Positions 9,976 through 19,215 of a stretch of 64,000 nucleotides of DNA are shown piece by piece. This stretch comes from Minisyncoccia bacterium. GTDB taxonomy: Bacteria > Patescibacteriota > Minisyncoccia > Phycocordibacterales > UBA918. The DNA lies in contig JBGSJJ010000004.1 of assembly GCA_041742075.1 (NCBI GenBank), positions 35,900 through 99,899 of the forward strand, written 5' to 3'. Each line of letters opens with the position of its first letter. Within the stretch, counting starts at the first letter, position 1. The notes beneath the pieces are model-generated. The model was given only the letters and a program-made list of their open reading frames with translations, had not been told where the DNA came from and searched no databases. The position numbers and the translations under genes are program-made.

Positions 9976-11093
9976 CCAGCTCCAATACCGAGAGTACAGG
10001 TCACCACACGATTTATAACACCGCTAGTAACTGGCGTTCCACCAGCTTGATTACACTGGGCAGTTTGAGCAGAGCAATTCCAACCCAATAACCCGAAATT
10101 ACACGGATACGTTTCGGTTCTCGTCGTGGCTGGTGGGTTAGCTGGATCATCTGTTGGAGTGTCTACAGAGTCTATAGGAGTACTGCGGGCACCATAACAA
10201 AGTACCTCTCCCGGGTTACTGGTATTGACGATGCCGAGTTGACTTCCACCACTACAGCGAGCAGTAATGACTGCATCAGTATTCCACGAAGTACAACGTT
10301 CAGCACTTTGTCTAAGACAGGTTGCTTCTAATCTGTCCATTTCACAACCGCCAACTTCAGTACAGTAGTCGAGTAGGTCAGCCCGTATATCGTCTGGAAT
10401 GTCTTCAGGTAAGCCAGGAACTATCGCCGGGTCAACAATTACATCACTGGGTTCTGGAATGATACAACTATATACAATTCCGGTAGCTGTTACATTTGTG
10501 ATACGTGTTTGCCTATCAGGACAACTTTCTGGTCCGGTGATCACGTCTGAATCAGGGTCTGGTTCGCCCGGCCCGGGAGGTTCTGGATTTTCACCGATAC
10601 CGTCACCATCGCTGTCTCTAGGAACGGGTCGATATTGCTGGCCACACTCTACATCGGCCCAGATGTTACCGATATTTTGACCACGTAAGGCTTCCCAGTA
10701 CGTTCCTCCACCAGAGACGGTTAATGCTTTGAGTACCGTGTCGACTATCGTCCATGCCCCAAGGAGTAAGACGAGGCCAATTAAGGCATTGACGAAAAAT
10801 ACTTTTGCTTTGGCGTAGGCGGCCTGGTTTCCACCTGAAAATACGAGTTTAAAACCAGCGTATATAAGCACTAAAGCGACAAAGATGGTCGAGATAGTAA
10901 CTATCCAATCCACCACCACGTCTATCTGCTGTACTAAGTGACAAAAGTTACATTCAGGGCCTTCACACACCACTAAGCCAGCTGGTCCCGGGTCTTGTGC
11001 GAAGCTGGTGCTAGGGAAAGCAAAAACACTCAGAACAAGGAAACTTATGGTGAGTAAAGAAAGTGTCCGCACGAAAAGTGAAGCTAAAGACAT
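9972..11093 (-). CDS. secreted membrane protein: signal peptide + two hydrophobic helices (VirB2/TrbC pilin-like topology) + about 230-aa Cys-rich extracellular C-terminal domain
   Basis: Signal peptide ...STSFAQ; CEGPECNFCH; TM1 VVVDWIVTISTIFVALVLIYAGF; loop SGGNQAAYAKAK; TM2 FVNALIGLVLLLGAWTIV; at least 14 Cys in the C-terminal part. Last gene of the T4SS-like operon. Confidence 0.5.
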   Translation of the reverse strand: MSLASLFVRTLSLLTISFLVLSVFAFPSTSFAQDPGPAGLVVCEGPECNFCHLVQQIDVVVDWIVTISTIFVALVLIYAGFKLVFSGGNQAAYAKAKVFFVNALIGLVLLLGAWTIVDTVLKALTVSGGGTYWEALRGQNIGNIWADVECGQQYRPVPRDSDGDGIGENPEPPGPGEPDPDSDVITGPESCPDRQTRITNVTATGIVYSCIIPEPSDVIVDPAIVPGLPEDIPDDIRADLLDYCTEVGGCEMDRLEATCLRQSAERCTSWNTDAVITARCSGGSQLGIVNTSNPGEVLCYGARSTPIDSVDTPTDDPANPPATTRTETYPCNFGLLGWNCSAQTAQCNQAGGTPVTSGVINRVVTCTLGIGAG

Positions 11094-11098
11094 ACGTG

Positions 11099-12295
11099 TT
11101 ATTGAACCAAAGCTGGGTCAAACACCCAGAGTGTGTTATCGGTCTTGTTTCTAAAGACAATCTTTGACCAATCATCAACCATAGACATGTTTGTGACATC
11201 AAGTTTTCTGCCGGCAGCGGTAAGTGGACTGAGGAAGAAGACGTTCTGTCCGGTTTCGAGGTTAAAGAACCAGAAGGTATCATCTGAAGTTAGGGTTCCT
11301 TTATACCACGCATCAATAAACGTCGTGCTGGTCTCGGCTTCTGGCACGGCACACCACATAAGGACACTATCTGGCCTGGAAAACGTACATTTCTCTGGTA
11401 GTAAGAGGTGATCTGTTTGGTATAGGGTTTTGGTTGGGGTCACTGTCTCACTAAACAGTACGCGATTTTGCGTATACGTATAGATAGAGGCGACATCGTT
11501 TTTGAGCATGACTAAACTAGCCCCACTATTTCCTATTGGAATAAGTGTGTTGTTCCTAATCTCATACGCATACCCTTCAAGGAGAGGAGATGGCTTGGTG
11601 TAAGTATAGATACCTTCTATGGTGTGACCCCACACTATTTTTAATTGACGAATTTTGAGTGAAAATAGTTCTTGGCGCACTTGGGTGTCGAGGTTGTAGC
11701 TATAACCTTTAGTTCCGTTTTGGTTCTCGAGGGTGTAGAGAATGACGCGATTATTTTCATAAGCAATATTGCTTGGATTTGGTGGTAAGGGAATAGTCTC
11801 TTGGGTTTCAGGCGACCCTTCCTCAAGCCCTAGTTCAGCCACAAAACTCGAACGGGTATTGTCGATGTAGGTGCTATAGACAACAGATGAGCCGTCTGGG
11901 GAGAACACAGCTTCGACTGACTGCGGAACCGTCATTTTAGATACGGAGGTCTCTTCCCCAGTAAAGAGATTTATTTCATAGACGTGTCCCACTCCCCGCT
12001 CGGCAAAACGGACTTTGGGATAGCCAGCTGTGGTTGTTATCACAAAACCAGAAGCAGGCCGGTTCGAGAGTAATTTAAGCGGGAACTTGGCGAGGGCTTC
12101 TGGGTCGGGAGTGGTATCAACGATCGACTCACTCTCTAGTTCCTGAAGTGGGCGATCTTCTCCGCCCGTAAAGCCGAGGTTAGTAAATATTTCCCCACCA
12201 GACTTAGGGGTACCAAAAAATAGTAAATACAACCATACTGAAATGAGTATGATAAGTATGAGTATTCCCCCGCCAATTAATATTCCTCGTTTCAT
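11099..12295 (-). CDS. N-terminally membrane-anchored hypothetical protein (T4SS-like operon)
   Basis: 398 aa; single N-terminal TM (ILIGGGILILIILISVWLYLLFF) then a large extracytoplasmic domain; start 3 nt-scale spacing from neighbours. Confidence 0.6.
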   Translation of the reverse strand: MKRGILIGGGILILIILISVWLYLLFFGTPKSGGEIFTNLGFTGGEDRPLQELESESIVDTTPDPEALAKFPLKLLSNRPASGFVITTTAGYPKVRFAERGVGHVYEINLFTGEETSVSKMTVPQSVEAVFSPDGSSVVYSTYIDNTRSSFVAELGLEEGSPETQETIPLPPNPSNIAYENNRVILYTLENQNGTKGYSYNLDTQVRQELFSLKIRQLKIVWGHTIEGIYTYTKPSPLLEGYAYEIRNNTLIPIGNSGASLVMLKNDVASIYTYTQNRVLFSETVTPTKTLYQTDHLLLPEKCTFSRPDSVLMWCAVPEAETSTTFIDAWYKGTLTSDDTFWFFNLETGQNVFFLSPLTAAGRKLDVTNMSMVDDWSKIVFRNKTDNTLWVFDPALVQ

Positions 12296-12304
12296 AAATA
12301 TAGG

Positions 12305-13177
12305 CTAAATGTTTTGACAAGAACAGCTCCTACCGTTATTTCCCTGATCCTGACATAGTAACGTTCGGGTCTCTGTGCCACAAAACTCATTGCCAGTACA
12401 GGCGTCGCCCGAAACTTGTGAAGTTGGTTGTGTCCACACACAAACTCCACCAGGATTAGTATTGTCGCCACCGCCTCCACCCGTGCCGTCAGCCCGGGTG
12501 ACATTTCTGAGAGCATCGAGCTCAGCCCTTTGCGCTTCAAGTGCGGCACGCATGTCAGCGTCAGAACCGGCACCTAAGGCATCAAGTTCAGCCAGGGCCT
12601 CATCTATGGCAGCTAACATGGCCTCTACTTGATTTCGGTCCATTTGGGCTAGGTTTAATCGAGCTGGGAAACAGAGGTATTGGTTTGGGATAAGATTTCC
12701 ATCAGCATCAGTAGCTTGCTCAAAGCGTCCAGGCAGAGCATCACACGCGAGACGACTAACCGCCACCGCATTGGGTTCGTCTCTCACAATTCCGATAGGG
12801 TTAAAGGTTGAGCGGTTATCCTCGCCTTCCCCCGATTCTAAGAAAGCTAGGTTGGTCAAACTGGTGTTGACGGTGTTCAAAATTATTACTGCCGCGAGCA
12901 CGATAAGCAAGCCAAGAATAGCGCCCCTGATGTCTCGCTTAGCATCTTCTTTACTCGTTACGATGTCGGAGAGAACGTACTTTACTCCCGCAATGGTGAT
13001 TTTAAGTAAGGCCAACACTGCCGCAATTGAGATAGAGAGAATATACAGTGCGTTTAGGTAGGCGTCGACGTCTATGTTGCCTTCGTCTACCCCCGGGATA
13101 CCAACCATAACCTGAAACTCCTGTGCAAAGGTATTGAGTGGGAAGAGGAGAGCGAGAACGATAAGTGTTTTTAACAT
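12305..13177 (-). CDS. second VirB2/TrbC pilin-topology protein with coiled-coil and Cys-rich C-terminal extension
   Basis: Signal peptide MLKTLIVLALLFPLNTFAQ; TM1 LNALYILSISIAAVLALLKITIAGVKYVL; charged loop SKEDAKRDIRG; TM2 AILGLLIVLAAVIILNTV; C-terminus ...CVWTQ...CTGNEFCGTE...CQDQGNNGRSCSC. Confidence 0.5.
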   Translation of the reverse strand: MLKTLIVLALLFPLNTFAQEFQVMVGIPGVDEGNIDVDAYLNALYILSISIAAVLALLKITIAGVKYVLSDIVTSKEDAKRDIRGAILGLLIVLAAVIILNTVNTSLTNLAFLESGEGEDNRSTFNPIGIVRDEPNAVAVSRLACDALPGRFEQATDADGNLIPNQYLCFPARLNLAQMDRNQVEAMLAAIDEALAELDALGAGSDADMRAALEAQRAELDALRNVTRADGTGGGGGDNTNPGGVCVWTQPTSQVSGDACTGNEFCGTETRTLLCQDQGNNGRSCSCQNI

Positions 13178-13180
13178 AAC

Positions 13181-14323
13181 TTAAAATCTAATTTGAAATG
13201 AATTACGAGCTGCACTGATGATGTCTGAGGCACTGCGAATCTGAAGTCCAACGGTATACTCAGCACTACCGCTGTCTTTACGAAGGGTTATTTCGTACGG
13301 GTTTTTAAGTGAACCGCTTACTTTCCTACCACCAAGTGTCCACGAGACACTAGCGCCAGAAGCCAGGCTACTCTTTTCTAAGTGGTAGGGTGCCCCAAGT
13401 ACCGTTATTTCATTGGCGGTCAAGTCAAATGGAGACTTAAGAGCTACTTCACTAATACCCCTAAGGGCGTTATTTTCATAGAAAATAAGTTCTCCTTCAG
13501 TTAAAGGTACGTCAATACTTTTTCGCCCAATACGGAGACCGTCAAGGTTTGAGACTTCAACCACTAGGGTGACTTCTTTGCGGAGTGGTGGAGAAAAGCG
13601 GATGGTGTTGCCTCCACGCGTGTTTCCCCCGTTTATTACTTTGTTTTCGAGCTTCCATACATAACTGAGGTCACTAGAACCTATGCCAGTACCGGTATAC
13701 ACGACTGCAGTAGCAGAAATAGGAGAATTAACGCCAGGCAAACTTCTACCCGCATAGAAAACCGGAGCGGTGGTATTGGCATCGATAATGATGTCTACAC
13801 GTATTGGTCTAAAGGTGTAGCTTGCGCTGACTTTTACCCCACTTTCCATAACGAGCTCGGCGCGGACTTCCTTTGTCTTACCTAGTGCGGGGCTGACAAT
13901 AGTAATTTTACGGAGACCTGTAAGAGCATCAATCCGGGCTCCATCGACATACCATACAATAATCGCACCGACGGTATTGAGTGAATAATCATCAAGTCGT
14001 ATTTCGGTAACCGTATCGGGTGGTGGAAAGCTCGGTGAGGCAATAAGGCTTGCTGGACTCCCATTGGTTTGAAATGACTGTATACCAGTCCCTTGACTCG
14101 GCGCATTGGTAGTAGGGAGGCTTCCGTTGAACTGATTTAAAGCGTTAATCAACGACTGCTCGTAGTCGCCTGCTATATTGGTATTGAGTCTATATTCAGG
14201 AAGGGCAATATCGCTTATTGACAAACCCTCACTATCTTCATCTGATTGTGCAAATGAGTTTTGCGCAATCATAAAACTAGTTATGATGAGGAGAAACAAA
14301 AATTTGCGAGCCCAATTTTGCAT
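13181..14323 (-). CDS. secreted hypothetical protein (cleavable signal peptide), T4SS-like operon
   Basis: 380 aa; N-terminal signal peptide ...QNSFAQ; beta-rich composition; no recognisable catalytic motif. Confidence 0.6.
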   Translation of the reverse strand: MQNWARKFLFLLIITSFMIAQNSFAQSDEDSEGLSISDIALPEYRLNTNIAGDYEQSLINALNQFNGSLPTTNAPSQGTGIQSFQTNGSPASLIASPSFPPPDTVTEIRLDDYSLNTVGAIIVWYVDGARIDALTGLRKITIVSPALGKTKEVRAELVMESGVKVSASYTFRPIRVDIIIDANTTAPVFYAGRSLPGVNSPISATAVVYTGTGIGSSDLSYVWKLENKVINGGNTRGGNTIRFSPPLRKEVTLVVEVSNLDGLRIGRKSIDVPLTEGELIFYENNALRGISEVALKSPFDLTANEITVLGAPYHLEKSSLASGASVSWTLGGRKVSGSLKNPYEITLRKDSGSAEYTVGLQIRSASDIISAARNSFQIRF

Positions 14324-14375
14324 AATTTAATCATAGCATAGCCACTAATTACAAAACTTTACTTGCGAACAGTCT

Positions 14376-15350
14376 TTAGGGACGATACGCATGCTGAACC
14401 ATAAAAGCCCAAATGATGACCGCGGGTATAAAGTTGAAAAATGGGAGAAAGTATATGATGAGACTGATAGAAAACCATACCCACAACAGTCCTTTCATGG
14501 AGTTTACTCCAGCTATCTGGTACGAAAGCCAGCCACCAACACAAAAAACAAAACCGGTAATGATATTTAAAGCATATCCAAGTATAGCAACCCCTAAAAA
14601 CATCTCAGCGACGTTTGTCCCGACCCAATTTACCCCACTCCCGAGGAAGCTACCGATAAACGGTACATAGGCAAGCGCGGCAGCAACCCCGTTTACTGCG
14701 GACTTAATGAGTGAGCCAGTACCGACTCCGAAGACAAAAATAAGGAAAAAAAATATTTGAATAGTACAGAAGCCAATTGCAAAGGTAATAAGCATCCTCG
14801 AAATAGTTTTGGCTGCTACCCGGGTGTAGAGGCTTTCACTTGACTCCTCTTCCATAGTCTCAAAGCCACGGGCAGTAGCTTGAGGGTTTTCTAAAACCGT
14901 AATAGTTTCTTCACCCACCTCGTCTTTCGGTTTTTTTTTCTCGGTGCGGTAGAGATTTTGCTTATCTTTGATGCTTTCTCCTAATAATGCCGGACGTCCC
15001 TTACGATCATCCCTGTCAGCTATAATGTTTCCCTCAGTATCCCAATCGTCTGAGGTGTTGGCAACACCGGGTTTTCGGTTTTGGTTGGCGGGAACCATGT
15101 CTTGACGACCCGTCTCCTTTGTATCGCTCATAAAGGGAGAGTTATAAATCACCCGGACGTTTGTCGGACTTTCTACTCGTGGAGCTTTAGTCGGATTAGC
15201 GGGGAGAGAAGAAACTTTTCTGTCATACGCATCAGTCCGGACACCAAAGCCACGTGGAATTTTAGGTGCTGGTGACTGACTTGAGTCAGTTCTACGAACA
15301 CCAGGATTAATGTCTTCAAAATAGGTGTCTTTTCTGTTTGGTTCTGCCAT
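14376..15350 (-). CDS. polytopic membrane protein (disordered basic/Pro-rich N-terminus, 4-5 C-terminal TM helices), possibly VirB6/VirB3-like accessory
   Basis: 324 aa; N-terminal about 170 aa low-complexity; C-terminal hydrophobic block FAIGFCTIQIFFFLIFVFGV ... ILGYALNIITGFVFCVGGW ... WVWFSISLIIYFLPFF. Confidence 0.55.
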   Translation of the reverse strand: MAEPNRKDTYFEDINPGVRRTDSSQSPAPKIPRGFGVRTDAYDRKVSSLPANPTKAPRVESPTNVRVIYNSPFMSDTKETGRQDMVPANQNRKPGVANTSDDWDTEGNIIADRDDRKGRPALLGESIKDKQNLYRTEKKKPKDEVGEETITVLENPQATARGFETMEEESSESLYTRVAAKTISRMLITFAIGFCTIQIFFFLIFVFGVGTGSLIKSAVNGVAAALAYVPFIGSFLGSGVNWVGTNVAEMFLGVAILGYALNIITGFVFCVGGWLSYQIAGVNSMKGLLWVWFSISLIIYFLPFFNFIPAVIIWAFMVQHAYRP

Positions 15351-15362
15351 ACCTGGTGTTGG

Positions 15363-17168
15363 TTAGCTATTGGCACGAAGTTCCTCGCGCGCTTTTTTAA
15401 TCTGAAGAATTTGGGATGGGTCAGAGGTAATAATTTGGTCCTCGGTATACGAGGCAATCACTTTAATCGCTACGTGCTTCATGCCGGCAAAGAAGATACC
15501 TTCCCCTACCCCACTTTCAAGGAGAAGAAACTTCTCTTCATCAGTTAGGTTGAATGTCTGTTGAATGTTATCTATTGCAGTCGGTGACTGCTTCATAAGA
15601 AGCTGAAGACTGGAGTTGGTGATCATCGGAATTCCGTATGGTGAGCGGAGGAAGTCGTCCACGTCTTGGGTAATCGTCGAAAGACCAAGGTAGTATTTTC
15701 GTCCACGTTTGGCGAGCATAAAGAGGAAAGACGCCGTGTCTTCACTTTTCATCATCCACCAGGCTTCATCGATTACCAAGAGTCGTTTAGTGAGGCGTCT
15801 TCTAATGGCACTCCAGATGTGGTTGGTGATGATGTACATTGCCACCGTTTTAAGCTCGTCTTCCATGTCTCGCAAGGAAAACACTACGAATTTTTGGTTG
15901 ATGTCGACGTTGGTTGGTTTGTTCATAAAACCAGACCAGGTACCTGAAGAGTATTTTTGGAGTCGAGAAATCAGTGAACCACTCCCCTCCATGCCGGCGA
16001 GCACCATTTCGAAGTCTGAAAGTAGTGGTGGTTCAAGGGTGCTGTAATCACTGGTTCCTGTAATGTCCTTAAGTGCATAGGTTTCGATAATGGCTTGGTC
16101 AATAATAGTTTCCTCCTCTGGAGTCAGTCCACCAAGCATGAGGCGGAACATACCCATCAGCTCGATAATATGCGAACGTAAAATATCGCTCGGACTCTCG
16201 TCAGGTTGTGCTATCGGTAAGTCAAACGGATTAATGTGGTGAGAAGAAGAAAGCGAAATATTGAAAAACCGACCACCGGTGGCTTCTGCTAGGTACTCGT
16301 ATTCACGCTCCGGGTCAATCACGATTACCTCGACCCCAAACATAAGTGAACGCAAAATCTCTAGCTTGGTGGTGTATGACTTACCGGCTCCAGAGGTAGC
16401 AAACGTAACGGAGTTGTAGTTGGTGAGCTGGAACCGATCGAAGAGGACAAGACTTGAGTTGTGGCGGTTGATGCCATAGAGGATACCGGTGTCCGACGTA
16501 AGGTCAAACGAAACAAACGGAAAGAAACTTGAAAGTGGGGCGGTGTTGAATTTACTGTGAATAAGTAGTTCGTCTGAACAAGTCGGGATCACACTCCGAA
16601 TCCCTTGCTCTTGCTGAAAGAGCGCTGGTTTAAGGTGAATCAGACGAGCATCAAGGATACTTTTTATTTCTGATTCGGTTTTATTTAAAACTGCCTCGTC
16701 CTCACCATAGATAGTTACATAGAGGCCCACATTAAAAAGCTTCTCTTCCGCCTGTTGAAGCTTGTCGCGCAGGTCTTCGAGGTTGCGCCAGGCGGCTTCA
16801 AGTTGTGGATCACGCACCATACCTTGTTCAGCGCGGATGTTTATTTGACTCTGTACCTCAGCTACTTTTTTCTGGAACTTCTTGAGTGTTTCAGCTGTAT
16901 CAATCGGGTGAATCACGATTGATACATCGAGTTCTTTTTCAATGTTAAGAATTGGCTCAAGCCAGCCATCGTTTAGGTAACGTGGGTAGGATACGGTGAA
17001 AAACGTTCGGGCATAGGTACCACTGATGTTTATGCTTCTGGTGTTAATTTCAATTCCCGATGGAGCGATAATGTCCTCTAGGGTAAGCAGTGCTTCAGAA
17101 ACCGCCGAGACGGAGTTATCATCAAAGTTTGAAGTTTTTTTTGGTTGTAAGAAGTCTAGTAAAGCCAT
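15363..17168 (-). CDS. virB4: VirB4/TrbE/CagE-family type IV secretion ATPase (ATPase-domain ORF)
   Basis: 601 aa; Walker A FATSGAGKSYTTK; Walker B LLVIDEAWWMM (DEAW typical of VirB4); size and motif order of the VirB4 C-terminal two thirds. Confidence 0.85.
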   Translation of the reverse strand: MALLDFLQPKKTSNFDDNSVSAVSEALLTLEDIIAPSGIEINTRSINISGTYARTFFTVSYPRYLNDGWLEPILNIEKELDVSIVIHPIDTAETLKKFQKKVAEVQSQINIRAEQGMVRDPQLEAAWRNLEDLRDKLQQAEEKLFNVGLYVTIYGEDEAVLNKTESEIKSILDARLIHLKPALFQQEQGIRSVIPTCSDELLIHSKFNTAPLSSFFPFVSFDLTSDTGILYGINRHNSSLVLFDRFQLTNYNSVTFATSGAGKSYTTKLEILRSLMFGVEVIVIDPEREYEYLAEATGGRFFNISLSSSHHINPFDLPIAQPDESPSDILRSHIIELMGMFRLMLGGLTPEEETIIDQAIIETYALKDITGTSDYSTLEPPLLSDFEMVLAGMEGSGSLISRLQKYSSGTWSGFMNKPTNVDINQKFVVFSLRDMEDELKTVAMYIITNHIWSAIRRRLTKRLLVIDEAWWMMKSEDTASFLFMLAKRGRKYYLGLSTITQDVDDFLRSPYGIPMITNSSLQLLMKQSPTAIDNIQQTFNLTDEEKFLLLESGVGEGIFFAGMKHVAIKVIASYTEDQIITSDPSQILQIKKAREELRANS

Positions 17169-17171
17169 AGA

Positions 17172-17807
17172 TTAATTTATACGGGGTGCGTCACCAGTGG
17201 TATCCCCCGGGTTAAAGATATGATAAAAAAGCTCAACTAATTCTTCATTCTGAAGTGGAACCGTGCGGACACCAATCCGAATCAGTCCCTGTTCAACGAG
17301 GGTAGACCGTTGCTCGAGTTGAACCCGGTATTCTTCAAACTGTTTTTCATCAAACAGTGACTTGTTCTTCTTACTACCAAACATAGAAGTGATACCCGAG
17401 GCTAGGTTTGCTTGAATCGGTGTGTACGGCACTACAATGAAAAAGTTTTTACTCATAATATCCACCTCAGTCGTGAAGGTGCGAATGAACTGCATGTATT
17501 CTCGAAGTTGAATTTGCATCAGGTCATTGTCTTGGATAGGTTCCCGAGCTTCGAGTAAGGCAAGATAGGGTGTGATGTCGAGTCGTCGTGACTGGATATA
17601 AAACTGAATCGAGAAATCGAGCGTGTTTAAAAAAGACTGAAATTGAGTCAAAATAGCCTGTTGTTCGTCGGCACTCTTAAGGGCGAAGTTGATTGAGGAG
17701 GCGAGTAAAATAGTGCAAAGTTTACCATCTTTTAAAACCACCACATTTTCTTTAATGTCGCGGACAGGGACGAAATCTTGAGTTGCTGGTTTTACGTTAG
17801 AAGCCAT
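17172..17807 (-). CDS. VirB4 N-terminal domain ORF (separated from the ATPase ORF only by an in-frame TAA plus one codon)
   Basis: 211 aa; same frame as the downstream ATPase ORF (...PRIN-TAA-TCT-ATG-MALL...); N-terminus VPVRDIKENVVVLKDGKLCTILLASSINFALKSADEQ resembles the N-terminal region of Gram-positive VirB4 homologues (from memory). Confidence 0.6.
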   Translation of the reverse strand: MASNVKPATQDFVPVRDIKENVVVLKDGKLCTILLASSINFALKSADEQQAILTQFQSFLNTLDFSIQFYIQSRRLDITPYLALLEAREPIQDNDLMQIQLREYMQFIRTFTTEVDIMSKNFFIVVPYTPIQANLASGITSMFGSKKNKSLFDEKQFEEYRVQLEQRSTLVEQGLIRIGVRTVPLQNEELVELFYHIFNPGDTTGDAPRIN

Positions 17808-17808
17808 A

Positions 17809-18225
17809 TTATTTTACTTTTTGGAGAGCCTGCATTTCTAGTTTACGGGAGAGCGAGTTTATACCTCCTTTACCAGTCGTGGGCATAGTCTGAATACCAG
17901 AAGCACTACGCGCGTCTCCCGACGCTCTATCTCGGTACACAACGTCAGTTCGTTTGTGCCAGTAGTACATCTTGGTTTTTTTGTAGTAGTTGACGACTGA
18001 TTCAAGAAAGATTGAAAAGGGACGGTTGTTCACTGGATAAAAAGCGAGCAGTAGGGCGAGGAGAGTAAGGGGAAGACCAATTAAGAGAAACACGATGAGT
18101 CCAAAGACAATGTACGAAACGACCCCAACCCCAACCCCGCCAGCTAGATACACGAATTGTTTCCAGGTGAAGGGACCAATGATTTTGTCTTCGATTTCAA
18201 TAAATTGAGGTACCTCAAAACGCAT
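17809..18225 (-). CDS. PrgI/VirB3-like small membrane protein
   Basis: 138 aa; MRFEVPQFIEIEDKIIGPFTWKQFVYL start and double-TM hairpin, typical of the PrgI family found immediately upstream of VirB4 in Gram-positive T4SS loci. Confidence 0.55.
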   Translation of the reverse strand: MRFEVPQFIEIEDKIIGPFTWKQFVYLAGGVGVGVVSYIVFGLIVFLLIGLPLTLLALLLAFYPVNNRPFSIFLESVVNYYKKTKMYYWHKRTDVVYRDRASGDARSASGIQTMPTTGKGGINSLSRKLEMQALQKVK

Positions 18226-18277
18226 ACATATGTATTATACATTGTACTTTACAATTAGCGGCGTAACTTATGCGAAC

Positions 18278-19204
18278 TTATCCCCGACCGTCGTTTGCTT
18301 GGTCGCTACTGAAGTCAGGCGTAGGTACCACCGGTGCTCGTTTTAGCAAGGCATCTTGCGCCACACTATGAATGATATTTTTATTGGCGTCCGGAGTTCC
18401 GTAGAGCTCAGGATATTTTTCTCGATACGCACCGTAGCCATGAATTCGTTCGTTGTCAGTATCCATGGTTCGAACAGGTGCTATGTCAGCAGGACGTTCA
18501 GTTTGGGGTGGTGGCGGAGTAGCAGTAAATGGGTTTGGGATATTGAGTGGCGGAACTGAGCTAACTGGTTTAGTTACCGGCAGTGGTTCAGAAACCACTG
18601 GTTCAGACAAGCTCGTGAGGCGAGCCGAAGAAGCAGGGCCGGCGATTGGTACCTGGGCGACTGACGGAATAGGGCTTGGGGCCACAGTATCGTACGTTGT
18701 ACTAGCGGTAGGAGGTATTACTGGTTGAAACACTGCTTGGGGTGGATTTGGTGCTGTTGCTACTGTGCTACGTGGGGCCGGAGTAGTTTGGGCAGACATA
18801 CCGGTCGGGACTGTTTCAGAGGCTGGTTTTAGGTAGTTTTTGGTAGTTGCTGAAGATGTTCCAGGTAGTGGGCTTTGTGGCAGTGGTGCAGACACAACGA
18901 CACTTTGCGCACTTTTTTCTTTGAGAGTTTTTACTGTTTGGGAAATTTCCAGAGCCAGACTCATTTGTATATCATCAGTTACACCGAGCGAACTAAGCTC
19001 ATTAAGCATCGACTTTAAATCAACGAGGCCAAGAAGATAATAGCTCATCGCAGTGGTAAGAGCTCGCCTATTTTTATCCTCGAGGTGGTGTTTTATAAGA
19101 AGAGCGGTGACGGCAATCGGAATTTGCTCTGAGTCAATCAGGGTCTTTACCTCAGCCGGAGCCTTGGTGTATGCGTCTTGAAATTTTTCCCAGTTACTTT
19201 GCAT
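18278..19204 (-). CDS. hypothetical protein with Pro/Thr/Ser-rich low-complexity C-terminal half (T4SS-like operon)
   Basis: 308 aa; N-terminal helical region, no TM; C-terminal PxxP-rich tract. Confidence 0.55.
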   Translation of the reverse strand: MQSNWEKFQDAYTKAPAEVKTLIDSEQIPIAVTALLIKHHLEDKNRRALTTAMSYYLLGLVDLKSMLNELSSLGVTDDIQMSLALEISQTVKTLKEKSAQSVVVSAPLPQSPLPGTSSATTKNYLKPASETVPTGMSAQTTPAPRSTVATAPNPPQAVFQPVIPPTASTTYDTVAPSPIPSVAQVPIAGPASSARLTSLSEPVVSEPLPVTKPVSSVPPLNIPNPFTATPPPPQTERPADIAPVRTMDTDNERIHGYGAYREKYPELYGTPDANKNIIHSVAQDALLKRAPVVPTPDFSSDQANDGRG

Positions 19205-19215
19205 ATGTGAATGAT

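Noticed and set aside
15363-17807. Alternative genetic code (stop-codon reassignment) as explanation for the in-frame TAA in virB4
   Set aside because: Many other genes in the window terminate with TAA (for example rpmH), and long ORFs (PBP1A 756 aa, PNPase 701 aa) are intact under the standard code. Global TAA or TGA recoding is therefore unlikely; a local event is considered instead.
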